NCBI GenBank assembly: GCA_003693705.1 | Contig: RBZT01000633.1 | Location: 62,001-126,000 of the forward strand | Reading direction: 5' to 3' | Source of the DNA: Polymyxa betae A26-41 | Lineage: Eukaryota > Protista > Endomyxa: Phytomyxea | Length of the DNA: 64,000 bases | Shown here: in pieces, positions 52,588 to 64,000 of the stretch | How the letters are laid out: each line of letters begins with the position of its first letter | Numbering within the stretch: position 1 is the stretch's first letter | Notes under the pieces: model-generated | Told to the model about the DNA's origin: nothing | The model's input: the letters and a program-made list of their open reading frames with translations, nothing else | Database searches by the model: none | Program-made: the position numbers and the translations under genes

Positions 52588-55500
52588 ATGATGATTGAAC
52601 CCGATGAGGATACGCTCATCAAGCCATCGTTGCAGCGCATCTCGAGTCTGGATCCGAACTCATTGCTGAACCTGGAATGGCAGCAGGAGATATGTGACGA
52701 TATCTCGAGATTTGGCAGAGAGAAATATGTTCGATTCATGGAAGTCGTCGCCCACGATCACTCGATGTTTGGCCGAGTGATCTCTTTCCTGGAACTGCGC
52801 CCAATCAGAAACTGGATATCCATCATCTCAGCAGTACGATTCGCTTCGTCTAACGGCTGCTTTGCTGATCTGCTGTTTAGATCTTCGGAGCATTGAGCGC
52901 CTCGTTCTATATCGGGTCAACTTATAGCGTGTTTGGCGAGGATTTGGACGCTCAGAAACCTCTGGAATGCGTCATTGGCGGGATCTATCTCATCGCCTTC
53001 GCCATTCGTCTCATGTTGGATGGCGTCAATTATATCTGGTCGCTGGAAGGCATTCTCGATTTGATCACGAACTGGCCCTCGGTGATCTCTATTGTGTCGA
53101 TGTTTCCCATCGCTCATAACCAGCTCTATTCTACAGGCAGGTCTGTGTATCATCTTAAGATGGTTTCAAATTGAAGCTGAACGACGAACGCAGATTGTTT
53201 CGTTTGCTGCGATTACGTTATGTGGTCGTCGTGGCCGATAAAGTGTCCCGAGCGGTCACGCGCCAGATTCTGATCATATTCGCCTCCATGTTGATGCTGG
53301 CGATCGTCACGGCCGGCGTCTTTCAGTACCACGAATTCTACAACAATGGACGCTATACGCCGTATCATGACGATATCTATCTGATGCTCATGAACATAAC
53401 AACGGTTGGCCCAGGCGATGTATTGTCCTATCAATGATAACAGAACCAAAAATCGCTGCTAACAAATGTATGACCAGATTCGGGTCGTACACATCCTATC
53501 GCGATTCATGATCTTGGCGACGGTCGCGATCTCGTTCTCGTTCCTGCCACTGCAGATCACGCAGCTGGTCCGGTTATGGCCGCCGAACAACAACCGGGCG
53601 TCGTCGTGGCGCCTGTCCGGCCATCACGTCGTCGTCATCCTGCCGCCGGAGATCACCGCCGACGAGATCGACGATTTCCTCGGCGAGCTGTTCCACAGCA
53701 ATCATGGCGGGACCGTATTCCCGGTCGTCCTGCTGACGTCGATGCGGACGAATCGCACCCTGATGCTGGCCCTGAAAGGTCGTACTTATTACAGGTGGGG
53801 GTGTTGTTGGCCCAATCGCGTCTGTTCAAGACGCTCAATGGCTGTTGATAGATATTTGACGTTCCTTACGGGGTCACCATACGAAGATCGCGATCTGCAG
53901 AGGTCGAACTTGGCGGCTGCACGCGCCGCCTTTGTTCTATCGCGACGTTCGTGCGAGTCGCTGGAACACGAAAACGACGAAGATATCCATACGATGATGG
54001 CGGCGGCATCGGTGAAGAATTACTGCCCGGCGATACCCACCATCGTCCAGATCAATAACCCGCAGTATGGGACCGGCGTCCTCTGGCAGAATCTGGCTGC
54101 ATTCCCGAATACGCAGCTGCTTTGTGTGAAGCAGGCGAAGATGTCGCTGTTAGCCGGCTCTTGCGTCTGTCCTGGTCTACATGTTCTGGTCGGCAACATG
54201 CTGCAATCGTTTGTTGCCAATGTCAATGTCCTCGATTCATGGCACAAAGAATGTGAGCTCAGCGGTTCCTAATTTCCTTCACATTTTTGTTCTTTTTTGT
54301 GGGATTTCAGACATGACTAAACGTTGATCTGATGCCTTTTCTCATTTAGATATTTGGGGTGCAACCAATGCTCTATTCCCGACCGTATTTGGGCCGTATT
54401 TTCAAGGAAAACGATTTCTGGACGCCGCCGTTGAGCTGTACACGGCGATCGACGTGATGCCGATCGCCGTGTTCAAGCGCCATAGCGACACGAACCAGGT
54501 CGAGATCTTGTTATGCCCAACCGATTACCTGATTGGCGATGGCGACCTCGTCTATGTCCTATCTCGCGATCTCGCATCGGCCAGTTTCGTCCCGCGCTAT
54601 CCCGATCATCATGGCCGCCCCAAAACCTCTCTCGCCTCAAAGCTGATGAAATGCCCGGACCTGGCCGCGTCGTTTCAGATGTCCCGCCAGGTCGTACTTC
54701 GTCGGCGGCGTGCTGCCCCTTTGGTTTGGAATTCTGAAATCGTTTGCGTTTAGGATTCAGCGATCGCTTCGAAACCTGTCCAGGAACCGTCTTCGGTATT
54801 GCCGATCTCGAGTTCGGTTTCGTATCAAGGGCATGTTGTAATCTGCGGCTATATCGATAGCTCGGTGATCGATCTGATTTCGACGCTTCGTAAGCAAGCG
54901 CTGTCGAAATCCGTCCCCGCCGTGGTCGTGTTCGAAACCGCCCCGAGCGCCGACCTGCAATTGGCGCTGTCCGGTTTCAGCGATCTCGACATCATGATGG
55001 GGTCGTTACAGGACCCCAAAGTTCTCGCAGCTGCGAATCTGACCGCCGCCAACCATATTCTGCTGTTAGCGAATCCATTCGCGAAAGCGCAGAGCGATGT
55101 TCACGATCAGGTTGATCGCACTGTGATTTCGGTGGCGGCGTTCTGAATCGTGATGTTCAGGTCGTTAAGGTCGATTTCGACAGCATCGTTTCACTGTTGG
55201 AATTGGAGAACTATCTGCACAGCCAAACGCATCGTGCAGATACGAATATGATGGTGGAGATTCTCTTCTTGAGCAATCTGCGCTTCATTCGCCCCAACTT
55301 CTCATATACGGCCGCGGCTCTGAACGAGCTCAGCAGCAGTTCCGAAGGCCTGCGCCTACCGCAGCTCGCCGCTGCCGATGGGAAAATCCACGCCAGCGGC
55401 ATGCTGCAATCGATCGCCGCCTTCTCCTTCTATTCACCGCACACCTTAACCATCATCGATACGCTCATATACGGTCAGGTCGAGTTTCAATGCAACATCG

Positions 55501-56277
55501 GAAATTTAAAACGTCATGATTAGGTAGTGACCATCGTCGTATCGTATTAGTTGAGATCCCAGCACGAATGGTTGGTGAAAAATACGCCGATTTAGTTCAG
55601 CGATTGGCGACCGAGTATGGCGTCCTGGCGATCGGGTTGTTTCGTGGCCGTTCGGTCCGACGTAGCCCTGTTCCTTACGTGTTCACGAAACCGCCTCCTG
55701 AGACGGTCATATCCGCTGATGATCGTGTCTATGTATTGGGTCCCGTTACGACCGACCATCAACGATCGTTCATTCGAAAGGCGAACAGGATTCCGACGTC
55801 GAATCGAGCAGAAGATCTCGAGCAAAGTTTGCCCATCGTCATGTCGACGTACAGCCGAAAACACGAGAATCTGGAAAGCGCCATTCACATGTTCCAGCAA
55901 GCTTTTCGATCGCCTACAATGGTATAATCACGATGTTGAAAAGCATCTCGTTCTGATCGCCGTTAATGCAGAGGAAATCGCAGCTGTTCGAACCCGATTC
56001 GCCGGCATGGTTCATGCGCATCAGATCGTGGTGGAGGTCGGCGACCCATGGAATGGATTTCACCTGGAGGGCGGAAAGGCGACATTGGGCTCACGAACCT
56101 CACGAATATCGCGAGTTCATGAAGGAACGCAATCAGCGTTTGGGCATAACAACGCAGGTGTCCAGAGAGGGACAGGACGCGAAACGTTCCTGGGAGCCGT
56201 TTGATTACGATGACGTTCATCAAATCGAGCTGAGTGGTGTCAACTCTACACAGATGCTGTCTGAATCAGTCACCTAA
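52588..56277 (+). CDS. Slo/BK-like 6TM + two-RCK cation channel with atypical filter TTVGPGD
   Basis: S1-S4 (LFRLLRLR), S5, pore helix, S6, RCK1 (HHVVV, GSPYEDRDLQR, SCVCPGLHVLVGNML), RCK2 (GHVVICG, MMVEILFLSNLRF, YVFTKPP..DDRVYVL). Start approximate. Confidence 0.9.
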
Positions 56278-56419
56278 TTGACAACGTCATCTGCCATAAT
56301 GAATCCATATGAATCACTATGCGAATAAATCCAGCAAAACTTATATAAGGTTTCAATTGACAGATAACTTTTGTTATGGTTTTACAGCCGAACTTGACCG
56401 TCGTGAAAAAACAGCCAAC

Positions 56420-56632
56420 ATGAAGACATTTCAGCAAAAATGCCATGAAAAGATTTTCAGCAAAAACGCAGAGAGTCAGCGCGCTTTTTTGAAAATGTTC
56501 TCAGCAACGTGCGTTAAAAATTTTCAGCAGACAATGCCGCGCGCCCTGCACCTTTTTTTGAAAAAATGTTTTAGCAAATCGCCGCGCGTCTACGCACCTT
56601 TTTTGAAAATGTGCGCGGACACTTTTCGGCAG
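56420..56632. repeat. Degenerate minisatellite with core AAA(A)..TTTT(C)AGCA and GCGCG..TTTTTTGAAAA units
   Basis: Five to six imperfect copies in the intergenic gap. Confidence 0.7.
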
Positions 56633-56695
56633 TCGTTCAAATCATTTCATGCAGGATCCAGCGTCCTCTGTCAATTTATCTTTTGAATGTGATCT

Positions 56696-59582
56696 ATGAT
56701 GACGTTAGATCGTCTGCTATTATCATCATCGGTGGAATCGAAGGCGTTCGACCACCTGCAGGCCGCTCTTCACGACCCCAGCCTAATCGCTTACCAGGGA
56801 TCCCTCTCTGTCAATTCCACGCCGCCCCTCCCATGCCTTCTAGTCCTACCATTCTTCTTCGTCCTGGAAGACTCCATCACTGCCAAAGTCGGCTTAAACA
56901 CATTTTACATCTCTGCTTTCTATTTGCTTTTCGTTTCTGTCGAATATTTTCTCATAATTTTTTCAGGTGATTCGTTGGGAACGAATTTGTCCAGATTTAA
57001 GCGAGATTAAACTTACCAATGACCATCTTATAATGCAATCGTCTCCTGATCATGAGCCATTGTTTCTGGTTGCCAACAACGCCGACGAGATTCAAATCTG
57101 GTTCGATGTCCTGCATGCAGCCTGTCGCCATCGACGATCCAGTAATTCGCATCTTGATTACTTGATAGACGAGACGACTCCCAGAAGCAGCCTGGATTCG
57201 TCGCCCTTCGAATCAACCTGCGAATCTCTGTCAGCCATGAGCCTTCGATCATCGGTAGTCGATTCATTGTGCACGAAGTTGTTGTCGTAATGGCGTTTTG
57301 TAGAGCTGCAGCACAGATGGGTTCTCAGTTCGGTCCCGAATCTTCGTGTTCTCATGGAATATGGCCGCCAGGAATCACGACTTCACTTCCGACCTTCAAC
57401 TCACTGACGACTATCACGTCTATGTGAGTTGATCGCCCCCGATAAAGCGGAACATGGTCCTTTACTGACCACATTTCGCCTTCTGTTTCTCATTCTTTCT
57501 TATTAAGCGATCGGCGATCAAGTTTGTTTGTTTCCTTTTACAATGGTTGTTACAGTTCCAACGTTTTAGCAGAACGACAAAATTGCAATAAAAATTTTAG
57601 CATTCACAACGTTTTATTAAAATTTTTAGCATGTTTTAAATAAAATTTTTAGCATTTCACAACGTTTTTCCTGACACCCTCTAAATGCAATGCAGGTGTT
57701 CGGCGTGCAGGAATGCCCGAACGGGTCGTTTTTCCGCGCCATCCATCGCCAAATGAAACGCATGGATTGTTGCCGATTACGATTGAATGGTTGCGTTGCT
57801 TGCTGTTGTTGGCTCATCTCTTGATTGAACGCATCATACAGAGAAGAAGGAGCGCATCTACGGGCGTGGTGATGGTGCCATCTTCCATCCGAAATTCACC
57901 GGCATGCTCGTGTATGTTCGCCGATCTCAACAGAACAATGTGAAGATCGTGAGATCGGCGTCCTGTTCCACTGGAAAAGTGAACGCATTCGCTGCAGCGC
58001 CAATCGGGCCTGACCACGCTAGTTCAGGGTTCGAAGGGCGGCGTTGCTGTCGTACTGGACGTGTTCGGCGTCTCCGTTGCTATTGTCTGCGCCCATCTAT
58101 CGTCGAAAAGCCTGCATAAGCGACGCCGCGACTGCGCCGAGATCTTCCGTTCGTTATCCTGGAAACTATGTAGGGTTGCTTAATTGCATGATAATCTCAT
58201 TCTCATCATACAGAATCTGATGACCATTCAACATACAGGTCTTGGAGATGCCCAACATTTCGATCTCACCGATCAGTTCGATCACTGCATCTTCTTCGGT
58301 GATCTCAATTACCGTGTTACGGGGCTCTCCGTTCCCGATGTCATACTGGCTCTGCAAACGTAACTCCTGAGCCCGTACCTTAGAAGGCATCTCTATCTGA
58401 TCATCACTCGAACAGGAATTCGATCGCGACTTTGGCCGATGCCGACGAGCTTCTGTACGAGCTGCGTGACGATCGATCGTTCTTCGGGTTTGCGGAGCCG
58501 CGTCGCGACTTCCTCCCGACCTACAAACTGAATCCGGAACGTCCCCTGCACCCCGATCTGCATCGGTCGGACTGGCCCATGCTCAGGTACACCCTGCACT
58601 TTAAGGGTTACTGGTCAGTGTTCATGCACGGTCTGGATTTTGGTAACAATTGAATGACGACCCCAGGTATAAGAGCCCGAATCAGGATCCGGTCCGAATT
58701 CCATCTTGGTGCGATCGGTAAACAAACCGAAAACGGGTCGTACTGGCCGCGAAACTCCCGTCTGACCGTCTGAGCACAGGATTTTGTTCTCGAACTGCAA
58801 CTGTGCCAACTCATTGCTGATTCCGGCGGTCGATGCGCAATCTGGCAGTGATTGCTATGGCGCCTGTATTGACGAGAACTGCATCGGAAGTGATCACGAG
58901 TGAGTGAGCCGGGCCGTTACCGGGTCTCGTCGCGAAATCGTTGCGCTAATCAGGGCTGTGTTCAGATCAATTTACGCCGGGTTCGAGCTGTTAAGGATAT
59001 CGTCAAGGTTATCGAGAGCTCCATCCTTCTCCATCTTCATGTTTCAAGTTACCATCCATAACCTATCTGTATGTTTCAATGTTTGACGAACTGATTTTTC
59101 GTATTTTTATTTCCAGCGTTTTGGTATTTGTATTTAACAGCCGAATTGACTTCGGGTTCAGATCCAGGAGAACACTCGACATCAAAACTCTGTTAGTATT
59201 GTAGAATGTTACACGATGCTAAGGCGATCATCTCTACTGCCATCCACCTCCGAGCGATTCTCATACCAGGCGCGCCCATTCCACCTTTACTACGCTTCGC
59301 AATCGGTATCCGAACCGATTCAGCTTCTGCTGAAGGTCGGTTCTTAAATTACGACCATCTCGGTCCAGTACGGTTCTGATAAGCTGGCAGGTGGTGCTAT
59401 CAGATGGATCCAGCGGATCATGTCGCCTGCTGTTGCAGAATGCCGATAGTGACGGGAGTCAGATGAGGGTGTTGGGCCCACAGCTTCTATCGTCGTGGGG
59501 ATTCGCGCTCAGACATTCGACGACCGACGCGATCTTGTCGCTGAAGGCGCTCGTATCATTTAGCTATCATAACATCAGATAG
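56696..59582 (+). CDS. Inositol polyphosphate 5-phosphatase with N-terminal PH and probable C-terminal C2-like domain
   Basis: PH ending LFLVANNADEIQIWFDVL; IFVFSWNM, YVFGVQEC, GSKGGVA, CAHL, FFGDLNYRV, FLPTYK, PSWCDR|ILF, SDH. Confidence 0.88.
57560..57670. repeat. Intronic AT-rich tandem repeat (AAAATTTT(T)AGCAT(T)CACAACGTTTT)
   Basis: Three to four imperfect copies in the ~270-nt intron 57424-57695. Confidence 0.75.
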
Positions 59583-59675
59583 CACAACCTTGTCCTACCT
59601 TTACTTTAATTAAATTAATGGGCTGTATTGACGTATGGAATCTGAGCGTACCCGAATGCGATCTATGAGCTGACA

Positions 59676-60526
59676 ATGAGTGATCCGATAGCGTCATCTG
59701 AGCGATTCTATTCTGCGGCCGAAGTCGCCCAGCATAACGTTTATAACGATGCCTGGGTGTCGTTGTTTGGCAAGGTGTTGGATATCACGCCCCTGATTCG
59801 GGAACATCTCGGCACAAGATGTACGTTGATGATCGCCGACATCCTGTTCACTGATTGAATCAGCGTCGCATCTAACGGCGCCCTTGGTGCGATTCGCTGG
59901 CGAAGACATCACGCATTGGTTCGACCCGAAAACTCTGATGCCCAGGACACACATCGATCCTGTCAGCTCGTTGACGATGCCCTTCACGCCGTACGGCCGA
60001 TTCATACATGTGCCGCCCAACGAGCCGTCATCGAGATGGAGCACGAATTTTCGTGTGCCTTGGTGGCTCGACGAACAGTATATGATCGGTAATAACGGCG
60101 GATTCGAATTGTCTTTTGGATTGAAATTCGATATGATTTGGCAGGGACATTGACAATGAAGAGCCGTCAGATTCGGATTGTGAACATGTTAACCCATCAG
60201 ACGCATGTGCTGGAGGTATGCTCAGAGGAGAGCCTGAGACAAATCCAGTCACGATATCTGGCTTATAACGCTCATTGCCAATCATATACATGGAAACGTC
60301 TCGGTCGTGTTCTAGGTACGAATTCCAGTGATTTTGAGTGCTTTTAGCAAATTGTGTTGGCGGAATATCTAACGGCAGCTGATAACAAATTCCAGATGTG
60401 GATAAAACGCTGGAGGAGAACGGCGTTAATGACGAGTCGAAAGAGTTCGAGGATTTGGGTATCAACGAGCAGCACCATCTGCCGTGTTTACAGATCTATT
60501 ACAATGACGACCTAACCGTGGCATGA
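59676..60526 (+). CDS. CYB5D1: Cytochrome b5 domain-containing protein 1 (flagellar)
   Basis: EVAQHN..DAWVSLFGKVLDITPL, AGEDITHWFD, TPYGRFIHVPP, PWW, RIVNMLT, EVCSEE, YNAHCQSYTWK, YYNDDLTVA*. Confidence 0.93.
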
Positions 60527-61052
60527 CCCTGTCCCTTCATCGTATTAAACTGGGATTGACATCCTCCTCCGACTATACGCCAACTCGGTTGTGTAATAGT
60601 TTCAATCGTTGTCATAGTTTTGGTTGCCTAGAAACCCTTCCTTACATGTTTGAGCTCATTGCTAATGATAATGATGCTGGGCTAGGTGCAAATGATACAG
60701 TTGAAACCTTGATCAGCCACGACATAACCTGCTGTAGCAATTAAGTGAGAGTTCATGCGGTTGGCATCTGATTGGTAGCATCAGGAGTTGGCTCCCTTCC
60801 CGGTCGACTTTGTCCTAAATGTTCTTCCTTGTATCCGTCATTGCCATTGCTGGATTCACCTTCGTCACGCTTTCGTAATTAATGGATATTAATCCAGCTT
60901 TGAATCAAAGCTAAGCTGAGTTTGAGCTGTCTGCAATACACTTTGACAGGAATGAACAAATTGAATCCGAGATCGAACAGGTTGGATGGCAATTCAAAAA
61001 GTCAACGAGCGGAATATTCTACAGAATTACAAGTACCATAAAACTGTTTATA

Positions 61053-63312
61053 TCAGACGGAAGAAGTTTCTGACCTCCATCTACTACACTGATCTTTCAA
61101 ATCAGGTATGTTCAGATTCTGAACGTGGCCAGCAAAAGCGGAAACTTGCTCGATGCTTTCAGCGTCATTCTTAATTGCCAATATCGCATCCGGCATGGAA
61201 ATGATTGAGAAGATTTGCTGCGCGAATACTTGGCTGTATGGTGGTCCGATTCGTTGCAACATCTCGGTGATGAAGAAACGAACCAATGAATGATCCATTC
61301 GTGGAACATTCTCTTTGACCATTTCCGTAACTTCTAATAGCAACCCGTGATGAACTGTAATGACTGTCAAAAAACAGATGCAAGCTGCGAAATATTTTTA
61401 CCCAAATGAATCAAAACGCGAAGAATCATTTTGCGGAACTTGATCACGGCCAAATCGTTGATATCCGTTTTCAAATTGAACGTATTGACCAGAAGCTGGA
61501 AGACAGGAAATCTCTGCAATTCGTGCAGAGTCGAGATGATCCCTAAAGATAAATTCGATGAAGTGAGCAGATGTTGCCACTGAAAAACCGACCCAATAAT
61601 CGAATGAGGACAGGCGTACAAACCGATTGGTACGTTGTTGTATAGTACGCCGGTGAAAGAAGTGATAGTTTGATCCAGTGCAGAACAGCGGCAGCACAAA
61701 CTGGAATGACGAGATGCGCTCGAATAGTGGGTTCGTTCTGGCCGATATTGAACCCGAAATCTTTATTTTGACAGATCGATGAGATCTGTATCCAGAATAA
61801 ACAACCACGAAACAGAATATCGTGTTTTCTACTGACGTCGTTCAGCGCCGCGATTGTAGCGCTCATTTTCGATTTGTCAACTGTTTACATAGAATGTTAT
61901 TTTCAACGGCAATGAAGGCGAGACTGTGCCCAACCGAGCATGTCTTCAATTGAAGCATTTATAGAATGGGTGGAGTACCACACTCGGTGATCACGAACAC
62001 AAGATGCATAAGCTAGCAGCGAAATGTTATACTAATAAAAATATCAGGGGTTTTCTCGAAGTGCAAAAGTCAATTACTTGTTTGGCAACCGGTTCTGAAG
62101 GGGGTTTGTTGTAGTCAAGAAGAGCTTCTATCAGCGAGATGTAAATTGAGTTTTCGCGTAACAACGACACAGGTGGAGGATCATTGCCGGAATATAGCGA
62201 GTAAATATTCTTAACATCGGTGGCCGTCAAGCGCGAACCTTTCGCGACTGCGTTCAACGCCTGGTACATTTCTGCCAGCAGATCAGCGAGTCAATACATC
62301 AATTGATAAAAAACCATTCGACCGGTATATTTTGGTGCGAGAGTTAATAACAAATTGACAGATTGGACTCGCGAACCGTGCTGCTCTTCAGCATGAGCTG
62401 AAATGGCTTGCGACAGGTTCTGGAACAGGACGCCATGTGAGGGATGCTGAGCCAACGCAGATAGAATCAATTGAGCGAACACGTAGGCACTAAAGAGAAA
62501 ATGCTTTCAGCATGTATGCAAACATAAGAAGATTGTACAGTATTACTCCTGTGTTTGACAACATAGTCTCTGTAGTTCAAGCACCGATCGTTGAAAATGT
62601 TCTTGGTCGGATTTCGTCAGCGTCAACAGAAGAGCATCACGAAAAACGCTCTGAAACATCGCAAACTTCATATCGCCGGGCCTGAAAGCGAAGCACAATC
62701 AACGAATGTGACACATGAAGAACCCTCCAACCTTGCAGCAACCGGTAGCTCATCTCCATGTCCTTCCTCACTGATTTTTCGTATAGCAAAATTTAACAAC
62801 AGGCAGTTAGGATGTTCATGCGATAATGAATACAGAACCGATCGCCACGTGGAATCGCGAATCATGAAGCTCAGCCATTCGGGTTCTCCCTTTGAAAAAG
62901 AAACTGTTCATAATTTTAATCTGCAGCAGTTGATGGAACCCAAACCTTGGTCGGGGCGCTGAAAATCGAATCGGCTTTTGTGACATCAAATTGCTGAACG
63001 GCAAGGTCCTTTAAATGGTTCATGACGATCTCATTGATCTCCTTTATACAGCATTTGTAAAAGTTTGCAATATCAACTGGGCAAACATACATCTTCAGAA
63101 TCGCCTAGAATGTCGGTGGCCCATGTTCCAAGTATATTGCAGATCTGGGCTCGGCCCTGATATGATTCGGCCAGCTGACGAATGGCTTCTTTGACCCGTT
63201 CTGGCTGGCTGAGAGGGCCACCGCCGCTGGAGATGAACGCCTTCAATTCGGCTAGCACGCCCGGCTCCATGATCGAGTCCGGCGCCGATAGCGCCGATCC
63301 CGACGACGTCAT
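61053..63312 (-). CDS. NELFCD: Negative elongation factor C/D (TH1-like)
   Basis: DSIMEPGVLAELKAFISSGG..AIRQLAESYQGRAQICNILGTW, WRSVLYSLSHEHPNCLLLNFAIRKISEEG, IPVCAAAVLHWI, DHSLVRFFITEMLQRIGPPYS. Confidence 0.92.
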
Positions 63313-63558
63313 GGTCGCCGGCACGAGCTTCGACGACGGAGTTGCCGGAGACGATTCAACAATGACATTGATATTGGGACTCGACAATGTCTAAATGACT
63401 AATTGTCACGTATTATAGATCTTAGGGCTGTTTGTCTGCATATCTATAGTGAGGGATTTGCCGCTTGGAAATGGCGCCCAATTCCCAACTCACAACATCA
63501 TTCAGTGATGTAATGTTACAACATGCCTATGGAGGAGGCCGTCGTCAGTCTGGGCCAT

Positions 63559-64000
63559 TCAATCATCTCTACATTTCGGGGAGCTTGCTGGCCTGACTTC
63601 GGAACGTTCATACTTCACAGATTCAGGTTCAGATGAATAGAAGACTATGATATCAGATTCGAATCGATTCTGAAACATTCGTTTTACACGAGTGACCAAA
63701 TGTCCATGGATATCAGAACTCTGTTTGATCGGTTTTTTGACAACCATTGTGCTGGTGCCTTGTTCTCTGATGAAGGTACGGCGCATAAACCCATCCAAAT
63801 CTGGTTCGAAAGGAATCAACACGTATGCAATTCGATGAACGTGGCAAGGCGTTTCCGCACGCGGGCAAGCTGGGACACCAAGACAAATTTCCAGCTATGA
63901 AGAATAAACACCTACAGTAAAGTTCCCGATACGTTTGATAATATCAAGTTCTAATGATTTTTGTGCTTTCGACGGAGAGAACGACTACAAGACAAAATTC
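63559..64000 (-). CDS. Partial hypothetical protein (3' exons; continues beyond window)
   Basis: Open frames separated by intron-like GT..AG segments; no recognisable motif. Confidence 0.35.

Noticed and set aside
56309-56686. 125-aa Lys/Phe-rich ORF
   Set aside because: Translation of the minisatellite.
60560-60880. Minus-strand GYVVADQGF resembling a Harbinger transposase motif
   Set aside because: Too short, stops nearby, no TIRs or other DDE motifs.

Overview
Gene-dense eukaryotic nuclear DNA, not prokaryotic. It has about 27 protein-coding genes, many short (mostly ~40-60 nt) spliceosomal introns, micro-exons, a few GC-AG introns and intergenic gaps often under 200 nt. Cilium/centriole-associated genes (IFT22, CYB5D1, HYLS1-like, ARL2) indicate a flagellated stage; the overall style suggests a compact protist genome such as a plasmodiophorid (inference only). 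Genes in order: RPB1 3' part with CTD, ABCC transporter, TFB5, GRWD1/RRB1, IFT22, TLC protein, cyclin K/T-like, a broken His/Asp-rich region, TM+SMP-like protein, small coiled-coil protein, F-BAR protein, PHD+PH-like protein, SPT6, ADA2, a ~11 kb myosin, ARL2, LYR protein, S6K-like kinase, HYLS1-like, succinyl-CoA ligase beta, GH16 glucanase, pyridoxal kinase, Slo/BK-like channel, PH+inositol 5-phosphatase, CYB5D1, NELF-C/D and a partial gene. Most notable: (1) a myosin motor apparently fused to a long armadillo-like solenoid ending in a PH domain, like the apicomplexan glideosome-associated connector; (2) a Slo/BK-like channel whose filter reads TTVGPGD instead of TTVGYGD; (3) NELF-C/D plus several other Pol II factors within 64 kb; (4) a structured intergenic segment with a telomere-complementary motif and a UUCG hairpin. 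Exon structures were spliced by eye, family calls come from recalled motifs rather than searches, and gene ends are approximate where stated.
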